Part shown: positions 1-10,749 of the stretch, in pieces
Position numbering within the stretch: the stretch's first letter is position 1
Layout of the letters: the number at the start of each line of letters is the position of its first letter
Origin: Bdellovibrionales bacterium
Lineage (GTDB): Bacteria; Bdellovibrionota; Bdellovibrionia; Bdellovibrionales; JAMPXM01
Reading direction: 5' to 3'
Assembly (NCBI GenBank): GCA_043739185.1
Contig: JAYUEN010000107.1
Location: forward strand, 106 to 64,105
Length of the DNA: 64,000 nt
Position numbers and translations under genes: made by a program
The notes under the pieces: model-generated
Database searches by the model: none
What the model was told of the DNA's origin: nothing
Seen by the model: only the letters and a program-made list of their open reading frames with translations

Positions 1-1
1 T

Positions 2-493
2 TCAAAAACAAAAATCATTAAGCGTTACCAAAATCGTAAGCTTTATGACACTCAACAAAGCTGCTATGTGACTCTTGATGATATTGCGAAAATGATTCGC
101 ACAAGTGAAGAAGTCATGGTTATCGACAACAAGACCAAAAATGACATCACTTCAGCGACGCTAACGCAAATAATTTTTGAAGCAGAGAAAAAAGCTTCTC
201 AATATGCGCCACTGTTCACGCTTCGCGAAATTATCCAAAACGGCAACGGTAGTATTTCTAGCTATCTTGCTAAATTAGGTGCTTTTCCAAAAGATTACGC
301 AAAAGAAACACCAGCTGTTGCCGCTCCAGTTCTTGAGCATGCAACTGGCAAGGCTGCTTTTGATGATGTGAAGCAATCTCTTGAAAATCGCGTAGCAAAA
401 GCTGCCGCTGATTCGGCTGATTATGGCACAAATAAATTTGGCGAAGAAGAGACTCCAAGTCTTCCGAATTCAAACAAAAGTTTGAATAGCTAA
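2..493 (+). CDS. phaR: PhaR-like polyhydroxyalkanoate synthesis repressor (5' end cut by window edge)
   Basis: In-frame translation from nt 2 reads SKTKIIKRYQNRKLYDTQQSCYVTLDDIAKMIR, matching the PhaR N-terminal signature IKKYPNRRLYDT..S.Y(I/V)TL.D. There is no stop and no plausible start upstream within the window. A strong intrinsic terminator follows. Confidence 0.7.
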   Translation, partial: SKTKIIKRYQNRKLYDTQQSCYVTLDDIAKMIRTSEEVMVIDNKTKNDITSATLTQIIFEAEKKASQYAPLFTLREIIQNGNGSISSYLAKLGAFPKDYAKETPAVAAPVLEHATGKAAFDDVKQSLENRVAKAAADSADYGTNKFGEEETPSLPNSNKSLNS

Positions 494-515
494 TTTGAAA
501 TTTTGAATTGTTTTT

Positions 516-547
516 AAAAAAGGGGTCGCAAGATCCCTTTTTTTTTA
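516..547 (+). terminator. Rho-independent terminator after the phaR-like gene
   Basis: Stem GGGGTC (522-527) / GATCCC (532-537) with a GCAA loop, followed by a run of 9 T (538-546). Confidence 0.75.
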
Positions 548-639
548 GGAAAAATGCTCGGTGAACAGAAATCGGCAACCAGAAATCTGCAACTGAAACT
601 GCCGACGGCTACCGCCTCCCGCTGCCCGAGATTTGAATT

Positions 640-1917
640 TTATCTAAACGAACGCCAGGTAATAAAGGTCTTCTTTCCCGGCAAGATGCGCACTTCTTGA
701 GACGGCATATTTTCATTGCTTGCTGAGCCTCCTGAAGTAATTCCCTGAGCACTCACTTTGTAGGTTCCTGCTTTTAAAAACTTTCTCGCAATTTGAAAGG
801 TCTCTGGGAGAGTTGACCACTGTCTCAAGTCCGCTCGGTCTGAAGCATTCAAGGCAATGGCAGTTAAATCACCCAAGAGTTTGTTTTTTTGTCGAAGCTG
901 ATCTGCTAGTACGGCCTTCGTTGCCATTCCCGCCAAGCGCTTTGCTACAATCCCAGCATAATCATTTTCAAGGGTCTTGATTTCAATATCTTGTACGCTA
1001 TAAATCGAGCTTGTTAACAACTTATCCATTCCTTCGATTTCAAGCTCTGCACGTTTCGTATAAGTATTGACGGGAAATAATTTCGGAAAGCGCGGCGCAC
1101 CTGGGCGTGGATACTTTCGCGGACCCCAGCCTTGCTGATAGATGAAAACCAATTCGCCGTTCTTAGGAACTTTCCAATCGGAACTAATTTGCACATCCGG
1201 AAAGCTCTTTCGCCATTTTTCAACGTCCTCGTCGCGTCGGGCGCGAATCGCCGCGCGAATAAGATCTGCATGCAAGGGCGTAAAATTTGGAACCAGCTCA
1301 TATGCCTTTTTGTAATCAATATAGGAATCATCATATTTTGCGTCGGCCTCCCAAATCAAACCCGCAAGATATGAGGCATAAGGGCTCTGCTCATAATCTT
1401 TCTTTGCTTCATATTTAAATTTATAGAGCTTCTCATTTACTTTTCGCACTTCAACCAAAGCGTCGTCGAGTTCACCGAGCATCAAATAGTTTATCGCATT
1501 GACTGAATTGATCAGAATTTTTTCAAAATCATCGCCTTTATATTGAACCATTTCCGCATTTAAAATGAGCGAACTCGCCTCGCGCGACAAGCTCGTATAA
1601 TCTTGAATGTCGGCAATTTTATCCGCTTTACCTAATATACGAGCGCTCTCTTTATAATTACCCGCCTGCTGAAGAGCCACCGCATAATCTAGAACATAAA
1701 CTAATTGATCTTTACCCTCTGCCTCTGCAAGCGGCTTGAGAGATTGTGCGGCCTTTTCAAAGTTGTGTGCGGAAAGATCGGTTCGAGCCGACTCTACTTT
1801 TGATTGATAGGTCGCGCACCCCAAGACCAGAGATGCGCTTAAAATTAATACGCCTGAAAGCAAAGCTTTTGTGGCGTCGACCTTCTTAAATAAATCCAAA
1901 GAATTATCTTTCATCAC
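640..1917 (-). CDS. Helical-repeat (TPR-like) lipoprotein of unknown function, partner of the LpoB-like gene
   Basis: 425-aa ORF with a signal/lipobox-like N-terminus (LSASLVLGC) and a helical-repeat body. It starts 6 nt after the stop of the upstream LpoB-like gene on the same strand. Confidence 0.55.
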   Translation of the reverse strand: MMKDNSLDLFKKVDATKALLSGVLILSASLVLGCATYQSKVESARTDLSAHNFEKAAQSLKPLAEAEGKDQLVYVLDYAVALQQAGNYKESARILGKADKIADIQDYTSLSREASSLILNAEMVQYKGDDFEKILINSVNAINYLMLGELDDALVEVRKVNEKLYKFKYEAKKDYEQSPYASYLAGLIWEADAKYDDSYIDYKKAYELVPNFTPLHADLIRAAIRARRDEDVEKWRKSFPDVQISSDWKVPKNGELVFIYQQGWGPRKYPRPGAPRFPKLFPVNTYTKRAELEIEGMDKLLTSSIYSVQDIEIKTLENDYAGIVAKRLAGMATKAVLADQLRQKNKLLGDLTAIALNASDRADLRQWSTLPETFQIARKFLKAGTYKVSAQGITSGGSASNENMPSQEVRILPGKKTFITWRSFR

Positions 1918-1923
1918 TTACTA

Positions 1924-2517
1924 CTATAAACCCACTGATTGCTTTTTATATTTTTTGCGAAGCTGTTTATAGTCCTGCCAAGCGCTCACATTGGTTTTCA
2001 AGTTTGTGAGTTTCAGAGTAACCTTGTAATAAACGCTTTTGTTTTTACCGGCCTCTTGAACTATTGAATCCAATCTTCCATTGATAATATAGTCTGCGCC
2101 AATTTGGCCGCCGGGGCCCTTCTTTGTTTCGCCATTTACCATTCCGGAGTTTTGATACTCATATTCTTTGGCTACGTCTTCGCGTGCTTCTTTATCTACG
2201 AAAGCGACGCGGCCACCGCGCTGAAGCTCGACGCTCACCATATCCATGATGCTTTGGGTGTCGATATGTTCATCGGTTTTGTTTTGCAAATTCGTCACCA
2301 TGACTATTGGTGGTTTCTTGGCTTGAGAAACCGCTGGAGATTGAACCAAGCTAGCAACTAAGTCTTGAACGACTTTTTGCATATCTGTTTCGCTCCATTG
2401 GTCATTTAAATTATTTTCCTTAGAGACATCGTCATAGTCTCCTTTTACGAAGGCTTTGGGGCCGCATCCAGTCGCAAGAACACAACTTGCTGCCAATAAT
2501 AATAGTACTTTCTTCAT
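1924..2517 (-). CDS. LpoB/YcfM-like penicillin-binding-protein activator lipoprotein
   Basis: 197-aa ORF with lipoprotein signal MKKVLLLLAASCVLATGC. The body (PIVMVTNLQNKTDEHIDTQSIMDMVSVELQRGGRVAFVD ... GADYIINGRLDSI ... YYKVTLKLTNLKT) matches the LpoB-type fold family as I recall it. Confidence 0.6.
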   Translation of the reverse strand: MKKVLLLLAASCVLATGCGPKAFVKGDYDDVSKENNLNDQWSETDMQKVVQDLVASLVQSPAVSQAKKPPIVMVTNLQNKTDEHIDTQSIMDMVSVELQRGGRVAFVDKEAREDVAKEYEYQNSGMVNGETKKGPGGQIGADYIINGRLDSIVQEAGKNKSVYYKVTLKLTNLKTNVSAWQDYKQLRKKYKKQSVGL

Positions 2518-2622
2518 TTGATCTCCTTGTTATATTGAACTCTCTAAGCTTATGCATTTCGGATAGAGGGTGCAAACTACTGCATTGAGCGTCATCAAAT
2601 TCGTGAAACGGACTGCAAATTT

Positions 2623-3090
2623 TTGCTTTGGTTTCAATTGGGGTGGTCTGGGTGTGATCGGTATTGCATGAATCACACAGCTATGACATCTCAAAAACTA
2701 AAAATGATGAGTTCAGACGTTTGCACTGCCGCGCTTGCTTTTGATGCATTTCAAGCCTTACGCAGTTTGGAGGTTGAGGAGGTTTGGGTGCTCGCCCTTG
2801 GTCCTAGCCTGAAAATAATCGATGTAAAAATGATTTTTCGCGGCAGTGTCAGCACCTGTATGATTCATCCTCGTGAAATTTTTCGTTTCGCTCTTATGAG
2901 CAACGCCTGCAATCTCATCATTGGGCACAATCACCCAAGTCAAGAGCCGCATCCTTCTGTTGCTGATATTGAAATAACAAAACAGCTTGTCCTTGTTGGG
3001 AAACTAATTGAAATTCCTATTCTCGATCATCTCATAATTACACGTGGGGGTTATGTCAGTCTGCGCGCCAAGGCCTGGTGTGATTTTTAA
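2623..3090 (+). CDS. RadC-like JAB/MPN domain protein (short form)
   Basis: The C-terminal half carries the RadC JAMM signature GHNHPSQEPHPSVADIEITKQLVLVGKLIEIPILDHLII. The ORF-track start is TTG at 2623. An ATG a few codons downstream (MNHTAM...) is an equally plausible start. Confidence 0.75.
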   Translation: MLWFQLGWSGCDRYCMNHTAMTSQKLKMMSSDVCTAALAFDAFQALRSLEVEEVWVLALGPSLKIIDVKMIFRGSVSTCMIHPREIFRFALMSNACNLIIGHNHPSQEPHPSVADIEITKQLVLVGKLIEIPILDHLIITRGGYVSLRAKAWCDF

Positions 3091-3094
3091 TCTA

Positions 3095-3736
3095 TTAGCG
3101 CGAGGCTCCACCGGTTGCTTGAGTGTCTTCACTTTGTGGGCTGCGATCAATTGTTACTTCACCAGTCTTCGAATCATATTGAATTTCAAGATTCAAGGCA
3201 GCCGTTCGTTTTTTCAATCTTTCTAAAAAAATGGCTCGGTCTTGTTGCTCTTCACGCAAGGCCTGTTCGTAAATTGCATGATCAACTGCGAGCTCTCTCG
3301 GAATATAGACATCGGGATAAGAATTGCGATCGTCTTTAAGGCGGTCATGAATTTGAAGTTGTGTATTGGCTTCACTCGACAAATCCACGCCCTTTAATAG
3401 CCGGTCCGGAATATCTTTCGGGCCCAAATACTTTCCTGATAAACTTATCATTTCCTGCTCTTTTTTAATTTCTGCTGAAATTCTCTGATTGTTAATTTCG
3501 AGTCCTTCGACTTTTCGCTTTCGATCAAATGAGGTTTCAGGATCAATTTGACTCGTTATACGCAAGGGTCTCACCGAAGAAAAACTCGTTTGATTTTGTT
3601 GTTTATGAAATAAAAAGAGCGAGAAAAAAACCAGCCCAAATCCGAAAACCATAAATGCGATGGAGGCGAATGAAGGACTCTCCGCATTCTCACTGTTTTT
3701 CGCAGTCTTGAGATTGGTTTTTTGTTTGTCAGGCAT
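3095..3736 (-). CDS. Membrane-anchored hypothetical protein
   Basis: 213-aa ORF with one N-terminal TM helix (FASIAFMVFGFGLVFFSLFLF) and a charged helical C-terminal part. No recognisable family. Confidence 0.5.
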   Translation of the reverse strand: MPDKQKTNLKTAKNSENAESPSFASIAFMVFGFGLVFFSLFLFHKQQNQTSFSSVRPLRITSQIDPETSFDRKRKVEGLEINNQRISAEIKKEQEMISLSGKYLGPKDIPDRLLKGVDLSSEANTQLQIHDRLKDDRNSYPDVYIPRELAVDHAIYEQALREEQQDRAIFLERLKKRTAALNLEIQYDSKTGEVTIDRSPQSEDTQATGGASR

Positions 3737-3786
3737 TGATCTTTATCGGCCAAAGCGCCAGTTAACTTGACTAAGATGAGTCTTGC

Positions 3787-5775
3787 TCAAGCCTGTCCTG
3801 GACCGGCAATGGGTAAAAGTATCTTAAATTCGGTCCCCTTCTCGATAGTAGAGGTGACCAAAATATCGCCATCATGCTTTTTGACGATTCCATAAGAAAT
3901 ACTCAGGCCGAGCCCGGTGCCTTGACCCACGGTCTTTGTGGTAAAAAATGGGTCAAAAATTTTCTCTAAAGTGTCTCCCGGGATGCCCTTGCCGGAGTCC
4001 CGAATGCTAATCTCTACAAAATTGTTTTTAAGAATTCTCGGATTCTGAATTGAGGATTTACTGGCAGATTTAAGGTTGGTCTTGATCCAAATATCGCCCT
4101 TGCCTTCAATGGCTTGAGCCGCATTTGACAGAATATTCATAAACACTTGATTGATTTGACTCGCGTAACACATAACCTCAGGAAGTTCGGCAAACTCTGA
4201 GTGGACTTCAATTCGACCCTTGATCTCGCCAGACAATAATTTCAATGTGGCCTCGATACTTTCCTTTAAGTTCACGGACTTCAACTTAGCCTCTTCAAGG
4301 CGAGAAAAGTTCCTGAGTCCCAAGACAATATCCCGAGTTCTGCGGGCGCCATCTTCACAAGAATTTATCAATTTGGGCATATCTTGAACGATGAAATCAA
4401 AATCGATTTTAGCTTTTAATTCAGCTAATCTTTCTGGGTTCTTTTCGGTGTCTTCAATAAGCTGCAAAAGTTTTTGCGAATACTCCCGCAGATGATTCAT
4501 ATTGCTAAAAATAAATCCGATGGGATTGTTCAACTCATGGGCCACGCCGGCAACGAGTTGACCAAGACTTGCCATTTTAGCTGAATGAACCAGACGGGAT
4601 TGCGTATCTTTTAGTTCAGAATAAGCCGCCTCTATTTCTTTGATTTTCTTCTCTAAGTCTGTGCGTGCTTGTTTTACGCTCTTCACCATTTCATTGAAAC
4701 TATCGGCAAGAAGACCAATTTCATTTTCGCTTGATACTGAAATTTCGACGGCCTCTCCTCGGCGGTTCATCATTTGGGTGGCCTGAACCAATTCATTGAG
4801 CGGACGCATGACAGTACGTGCAGACAAAAAGGCCATAATCAATACTAAAAAAGCAATTGCAACCAACATCGTAAAGAAAGCATAGTTTACGTTTTTCATT
4901 GTGGCTTTCGACTTTTCTTTCGATGCACCGACACCAACGAAGATTTTTTCTTCTCCCCATGAGATGGGCGCAATCATAAATCCAAATGGCTCATCTCTCA
5001 CAACTATATCAAATATGCTATTTCCTGCGTTTAATACTGAATTTTTCAAAGACTCTTGCGGATAGAGAAGAAAGTCAGGATGGCTGGCCGCAACTATTGC
5101 GCCTTTGCCATCAAATAAAATGAGTTCAAGACTCAGGCGTTTTTTGATTCCCTCTAAGAATGAACTTCCCAGATTTATGATCTCTTCAATATAACCTACC
5201 ACTTTGCCGGCGCGCTCGATTTTCGTGATGGTAACAAGATCAAAACTTTTGTCTTTCGCGGGTTGAGCCAAAAGGATTTCTCCCTTAGTGGCTACCAAAG
5301 AAAGGTAGTTTGCGGATAAGCAAATCTCCTCTCCCGACTTTGCAACTTTTGCTTCTGTACTCGCGGATTCATCTTTGTTCATGCTCGCCACTAAGCAGGC
5401 GTCTCGCCCAAAGATTGAAAGTTCTCGCAGGTATGTATTGCGCATGGATTGCAACATATGAGCTTTTGCTTGGGTCATCGAATTTGTCGCCAAATAGGTT
5501 GCGAGCAAAGTATCCGAACGATGCTCTGCAGATCTTTGTTTGAGGTAGGATTCAAAACTTGCTACCAATGCGGTGACTTCTCTGACATTTGCAGAAAGTC
5601 TCTGGCCAAGTTCGGTATTGATGGCTTTTTCAAAACGACTTACAGAGTAGCCGGTTACAAACCCCAGTGGGACTACAGACAATAAGAGAAACCAAATGAT
5701 CAAAATCGTTTGCAACGACTTGCGAGGTTTCTTCAATTTGTGCTCGTTTAAATTTTGATTTTCATTCATTCGCAC
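3787..5775 (-). CDS. Sensor histidine kinase (two TM helices, periplasmic sensor domain, HAMP, HisKA, HATPase_c)
   Basis: H-box GVAHELNNPIGFI, HAMP-like segment (RPLNELVQATQMM ... LADSFNEMVKSV) and G-boxes DSGKGIP and GTGLGLSISYGIV. It has no receiver domain. Its start overlaps the upstream gene by 14 nt. Confidence 0.9.
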   Translation of the reverse strand: MRMNENQNLNEHKLKKPRKSLQTILIIWFLLLSVVPLGFVTGYSVSRFEKAINTELGQRLSANVREVTALVASFESYLKQRSAEHRSDTLLATYLATNSMTQAKAHMLQSMRNTYLRELSIFGRDACLVASMNKDESASTEAKVAKSGEEICLSANYLSLVATKGEILLAQPAKDKSFDLVTITKIERAGKVVGYIEEIINLGSSFLEGIKKRLSLELILFDGKGAIVAASHPDFLLYPQESLKNSVLNAGNSIFDIVVRDEPFGFMIAPISWGEEKIFVGVGASKEKSKATMKNVNYAFFTMLVAIAFLVLIMAFLSARTVMRPLNELVQATQMMNRRGEAVEISVSSENEIGLLADSFNEMVKSVKQARTDLEKKIKEIEAAYSELKDTQSRLVHSAKMASLGQLVAGVAHELNNPIGFIFSNMNHLREYSQKLLQLIEDTEKNPERLAELKAKIDFDFIVQDMPKLINSCEDGARRTRDIVLGLRNFSRLEEAKLKSVNLKESIEATLKLLSGEIKGRIEVHSEFAELPEVMCYASQINQVFMNILSNAAQAIEGKGDIWIKTNLKSASKSSIQNPRILKNNFVEISIRDSGKGIPGDTLEKIFDPFFTTKTVGQGTGLGLSISYGIVKKHDGDILVTSTIEKGTEFKILLPIAGPGQA

Positions 5776-6793
5776 GCTCGACCCATAGAATAATGCGAAT
5801 TTGACCTGGTGGCATCACTCTTGGGTGAGAATCTTTTGAGAACCGGACGGGACCAAAGCCATGCAAATATTCGACAAGCTTTTCATAATTCTCTTCTGGT
5901 ATTGAAAAGTGATAATAGCTTCCTTTATTGTCTTTGCGCCAACCCAACTCGACCTCTCCAGCTTTTCGGCCACCGAGCTCTAAAATTTGTTGTGCAATGA
6001 TCGGCGTTCTCTCGTCTAACTCATCAATTTTCATAGTACCGCGAAAGACAAAGCCATTGGTTTTCTTTTCGCCACTTTGCTCATTTGCATCTTCATTTTC
6101 ATCATTTCCTACGGATTTGTTGCTGGAACTTCCGGACGAGGACGGCCCGGACCCGGCAACGGCTTTTGCGGCCTTCGGATTGATTTTGAGTAATTGCGGC
6201 TGCGCGGAAGGGATCACAATGGGCTCGGCGTGCTCATCTCCGCTGGCCTCTTGCCCGTCTGCGGCTCCGCCTTCGTCTTCATCCGTATCCGTCGGAAGAT
6301 TTTGAGCCAAGAGTGCTTGAGCGTCGCGTTTTTCTGGATCGTCGGTCTCGAGCGCGGCATCTTGTGGTTTCATAACTTGCGTTAATACGACCTCTTGACT
6401 AGATTTGTGTCGCAATTTCAGAAGAACAGAGCGCGGCAAACTCATGACCAAGAGAACGAGAACCAAGCAGCCAGAGACCGCATAACTTGAAATGCGAAAA
6501 GCTTGGTTCCAGTTTTTAAAGTGTGCGTAGTGAACCAAGAGAGAAGAAACACTTTCTGCGTGCCTCAATTGCTCAGCAAAATTTTCATTTATTTTAACTT
6601 TTGAAAGTTGCTCTGCAAAGTCGAGGCCCTTGGTAATTTGATTGAGCGTTCGCTGCGTTTCGACATCACTAACTAATATTTTCTTTACCAATTCATGGCG
6701 TGAAGAATCCAATTTGTTCTCATAATAATCGAGCAGCATTTCTCGCGCCTGAAAGATGCTTTGACGAAACGTCACTTTTGATCCTCTACACAA
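5762..6793 (-). CDS. Membrane protein, possible anti-sigma-like factor
   Basis: 343-aa ORF with a cytoplasmic N-terminus, one TM helix (YAVSGCLVLVLLVMSL), an acidic low-complexity linker and a C-terminal globular domain. It overlaps both neighbouring genes. The role is inferred only from its position after a sigma-region-4-like gene. Confidence 0.4.
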   Translation of the reverse strand: MCRGSKVTFRQSIFQAREMLLDYYENKLDSSRHELVKKILVSDVETQRTLNQITKGLDFAEQLSKVKINENFAEQLRHAESVSSLLVHYAHFKNWNQAFRISSYAVSGCLVLVLLVMSLPRSVLLKLRHKSSQEVVLTQVMKPQDAALETDDPEKRDAQALLAQNLPTDTDEDEGGAADGQEASGDEHAEPIVIPSAQPQLLKINPKAAKAVAGSGPSSSGSSSNKSVGNDENEDANEQSGEKKTNGFVFRGTMKIDELDERTPIIAQQILELGGRKAGEVELGWRKDNKGSYYHFSIPEENYEKLVEYLHGFGPVRFSKDSHPRVMPPGQIRIILWVERANE

Positions 6794-7271
6794 ATCCCAA
6801 GTAATTTTGCAGCTCTCGCAATTCGAAACCGAATGGTTCCCTGACTGACACTCTGTGCTTCACTCAAATCGGATTCACTAAATCCCAAAACTCGCGTTGC
6901 CAAAAGTGCGAGAATTTCGTCGGGGCGGGCCTGCCGACTAAATTTATTCCAGGCCGCCATGGTCTGTGGAGTAATGCCAATGAGTTGATTCGACCAATTC
7001 ATTGACGGCCCGGCTTTATCGTTCTTATTAACAATGCTTTTTTGTCTCAATCCCAAAATATGCTTTGAAAATTGTTCCCATAACTCAACGGCCTTAAAAA
7101 GTGCCTGCTTTCGTATGTTTTTTTCGTCTTGATTTTTTTCAGACTGAAATCGCGATTTAAGATGAGCAATTACTTTTTGGGTGTTTTGAATTGAAAGCTT
7201 TTCATCAAGTGTAGCCATGACAAAAAATAAATAAATTTCTTTATTCAATTCTGCACTAGGGCTGAAACTCA

Positions 7272-7272
<1 letters not shown>
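6772..7272 (-). CDS. Sigma-70 region-4-like HTH protein (no recognisable region 2)
   Basis: The C-terminus ILALLATRVLGFSESDLSEAQSVSQGTIRFRIARAAKLLG matches the ECF sigma region 4 pattern (L..R.vlG.S..eia...gvs.GTV..R..RA...L). I place the start at the ATG at 7272, which overlaps the mreB stop in TAATG. The longer ORF-track start at 7341 lies inside mreB. Confidence 0.5.
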
Positions 7273-8363
<1,091 letters not shown>

Positions 8364-8587
8364 CTACGCCCCATAGCTCATAGCGTTTAATGCTAGATAA
8401 AAACGCAAATATGGCCACGCCGAATATAACTCTAGGCAGAGTAAAAAAGGGAGTCAACACAGGATCTTGCTCTGTCGCGTCGCAGTTTTACTTTCTAGAA
8501 TTTTAGCCCTCAGTCTATACTTGGGAGCCCATCAATCTGCTGAAAAATCTTGAGCTGGTGCCTGGGCATTTCTGAAGGAGTTCACTA

Positions 8588-9055
8588 GTGAAACAAGAAG
8601 AAGTTTTTGAAAAGTTAAAATTTTATTTTGAAACCCGCTCAACTGCAAAGTGGGTGCTTGGCCTACTAAGGCCTGGTGTTGAGATTGGTCTGGTTGTTGG
8701 CAATCAAATTGAATGCGCCATTCTTTACCTTGACGGCCAACCAAGAGTCGAGCGCAGAGAAGCGAAAAATCCAAGCTTTGTCTTTTACACAGAGCCTGAA
8801 ACAATCGAAACCCTTATAAACTCAAAGTCAGATGATATCGCTGAGGTTGGAATTAATATTTTTACTGAAATTCTCACCGGTAATATTCGCGTTGAAATCA
8901 AATCGAGTTGGCGAGAAATTTTGCACAATGGCTACTTTGAGATCTTTAAAAGTGGCGGCCATAAATTGACCGGCGTTCTCGCAACTCAAGGCGCCCTCAG
9001 TATGATGAAGGTCCTTGCTTTTATTGATAAAATGAAAAACTCAAAGCCCTCGTAG
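8588..9055 (+). CDS. Hypothetical protein
   Basis: 155-aa ORF with a GTG start, coding-like composition and no recognised motif. Its 3' end is 5 nt from the glpD stop (convergent). Confidence 0.45.
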   Translation: MKQEEVFEKLKFYFETRSTAKWVLGLLRPGVEIGLVVGNQIECAILYLDGQPRVERREAKNPSFVFYTEPETIETLINSKSDDIAEVGINIFTEILTGNIRVEIKSSWREILHNGYFEIFKSGGHKLTGVLATQGALSMMKVLAFIDKMKNSKPS

Positions 9056-9060
9056 TCTCT

Positions 9061-10749
9061 TTATCGCCAAGACAACTCTCGCTGAATATGGGCCTGTAAG
9101 GCCCGGCACTCATCGAGAGTTTTCTGCTGATCCCAGTGCAATTCGTCGGCAAAAATTTTAGAAATCGTCGGCAAAAGACTGAGACCATGATCAAGATGTG
9201 AGAGAAAGAGTGGCGCTCTTCGCGTATAAAAATCAGTCAAACGAAAACACATACTCTGATGAATGGCCTGATGAGCCTCGAGTCCCCACAGAAGAAGCTT
9301 GTCCGAATGAGTCTGGGATTCAGTGGACTTTGTCGCAAACAGCAAGTCAGTCTTTTTATATTTTTCTAAAATTTCGTAGGCTTCTTCGCCATGCCTAAAG
9401 AACAAGACTTCTGCAATCGTTTTTGATATTTTTTCGCTCTTTGCAATTTCAGCTATGCGATATTCAATTTCATTTAACTTCTCAATCGTCGCATGGGGAT
9501 TTAACGCCACTTTTGTCTGTGAATTTCGAAATTTGATTTGATCTTCTAGCGAAAAAGTCTTGAGCGCCGTCTCGACCGTTTGCTCTGCCATCAAGCGATA
9601 GGTCGTATATTTGCCGCCGGCAACAAAAGTCACATTTTGTGGGTCTTCAATGATGAGATGCTCACGACTGGTTTTACTTTCAGTTTCAGCGCCATCATCA
9701 ACCAGCGGCCTGACGCCAGCATAAGACGCCACAATATCATTTTGTTTGAGTAAGGCTCCAGGAAAATACTCACGCGCAACATTCAATAGATACTCAACGT
9801 CTTGCGGAGTCGTATTGACTTCAAGCGGGTCTTTTTGAAAGTCTGTATCGGTTGTTCCGATGATGACCATTTCATGTCGAGGTATGGCGAAAACAATCCT
9901 CTTGTCATTGTCAGCGGCCATCACCACAGCTTGAGAAAGTGGTATCCGATCTCGTCGAAAAGTGAGGTGCACGCCCTTTGAGGGCCGCAAAATTTTCTTC
10001 CAGTTTTTTACAATTTGTGGCGCGACCAAATCGGTCCACGGGCCGGTTGTGCTAATAATATGTTTGGCTCGCACCAGAAACTTTTTCTTTGAAAGTTGAT
10101 CTTCTACTTCTAATGCCTTTACTTTACCATGCTCGAATTTTGATCCGATGACTTTGGCATAACTAATTGGAATCGCGCCCAATTTATGCGCCGACCTCAA
10201 GGTTTCGATGACCAATCGATCATCGTCCATATAAGCATCAGAATAGACAAATGATCCGACGAGATCTCGGCCCTGCAATAGTGGTATGCGATTGAGGGTG
10301 GCTTCAGAATCCAAGCGCTCATGCATTTCAGGTGCTTCAAACATTGAAAGCGCATCATAAAGCCACATTCCGAGGCCCATTTTTAACATTCCCACCCGAG
10401 AGCTCTGGTAAAGTGGCAAAACAAAACGCAAAGGATGAACGAGGTGAGGCGCAATTTCGAACAGCAATCTGCGCTCAGAGAGTGCTTCAAATACGAGTCC
10501 GAATTCAAGATTCTCTAGATAGCGAATTCCCCCGTGGATCAATTTACTTGAACGCGAACTGGTGCCTTGAGCAAAATCTTGCGCTTCAACAAGAGCAACT
10601 TTCATACCCCGTGAAGCTGCGTCTCTGGCGGCCCCGGCGCCTGTGATGCCGCCACCAATAATAAGAAGATCAAACTCTTCCTCTGCCAATCGTTGAATTC
10701 CTGAAGCTCGCTCGTTGAAAGAAAATTGTTTCATTTTAGATAATTCCAT
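9061..10749 (-). CDS. glpD: FAD-dependent glycerol-3-phosphate dehydrogenase
   Basis: The N-terminal dinucleotide-binding and GlpD signature DLLIIGGGITGAGAARDAASRGMKVALVEAQDFAQGTSSRSSKLIHGGIRYLE is present. The 562-aa length is consistent. Confidence 0.9.
   Translation of the reverse strand: MELSKMKQFSFNERASGIQRLAEEEFDLLIIGGGITGAGAARDAASRGMKVALVEAQDFAQGTSSRSSKLIHGGIRYLENLEFGLVFEALSERRLLFEIAPHLVHPLRFVLPLYQSSRVGMLKMGLGMWLYDALSMFEAPEMHERLDSEATLNRIPLLQGRDLVGSFVYSDAYMDDDRLVIETLRSAHKLGAIPISYAKVIGSKFEHGKVKALEVEDQLSKKKFLVRAKHIISTTGPWTDLVAPQIVKNWKKILRPSKGVHLTFRRDRIPLSQAVVMAADNDKRIVFAIPRHEMVIIGTTDTDFQKDPLEVNTTPQDVEYLLNVAREYFPGALLKQNDIVASYAGVRPLVDDGAETESKTSREHLIIEDPQNVTFVAGGKYTTYRLMAEQTVETALKTFSLEDQIKFRNSQTKVALNPHATIEKLNEIEYRIAEIAKSEKISKTIAEVLFFRHGEEAYEILEKYKKTDLLFATKSTESQTHSDKLLLWGLEAHQAIHQSMCFRLTDFYTRRAPLFLSHLDHGLSLLPTISKIFADELHWDQQKTLDECRALQAHIQRELSWR

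Noticed and set aside
5928-6305. A 125-aa plus-strand ORF rich in Ser, Pro and Ala.
   Set aside because: It is antisense to the acidic low-complexity linker of the 343-aa membrane protein gene, so it is a mirror-image artefact of a low-complexity region.
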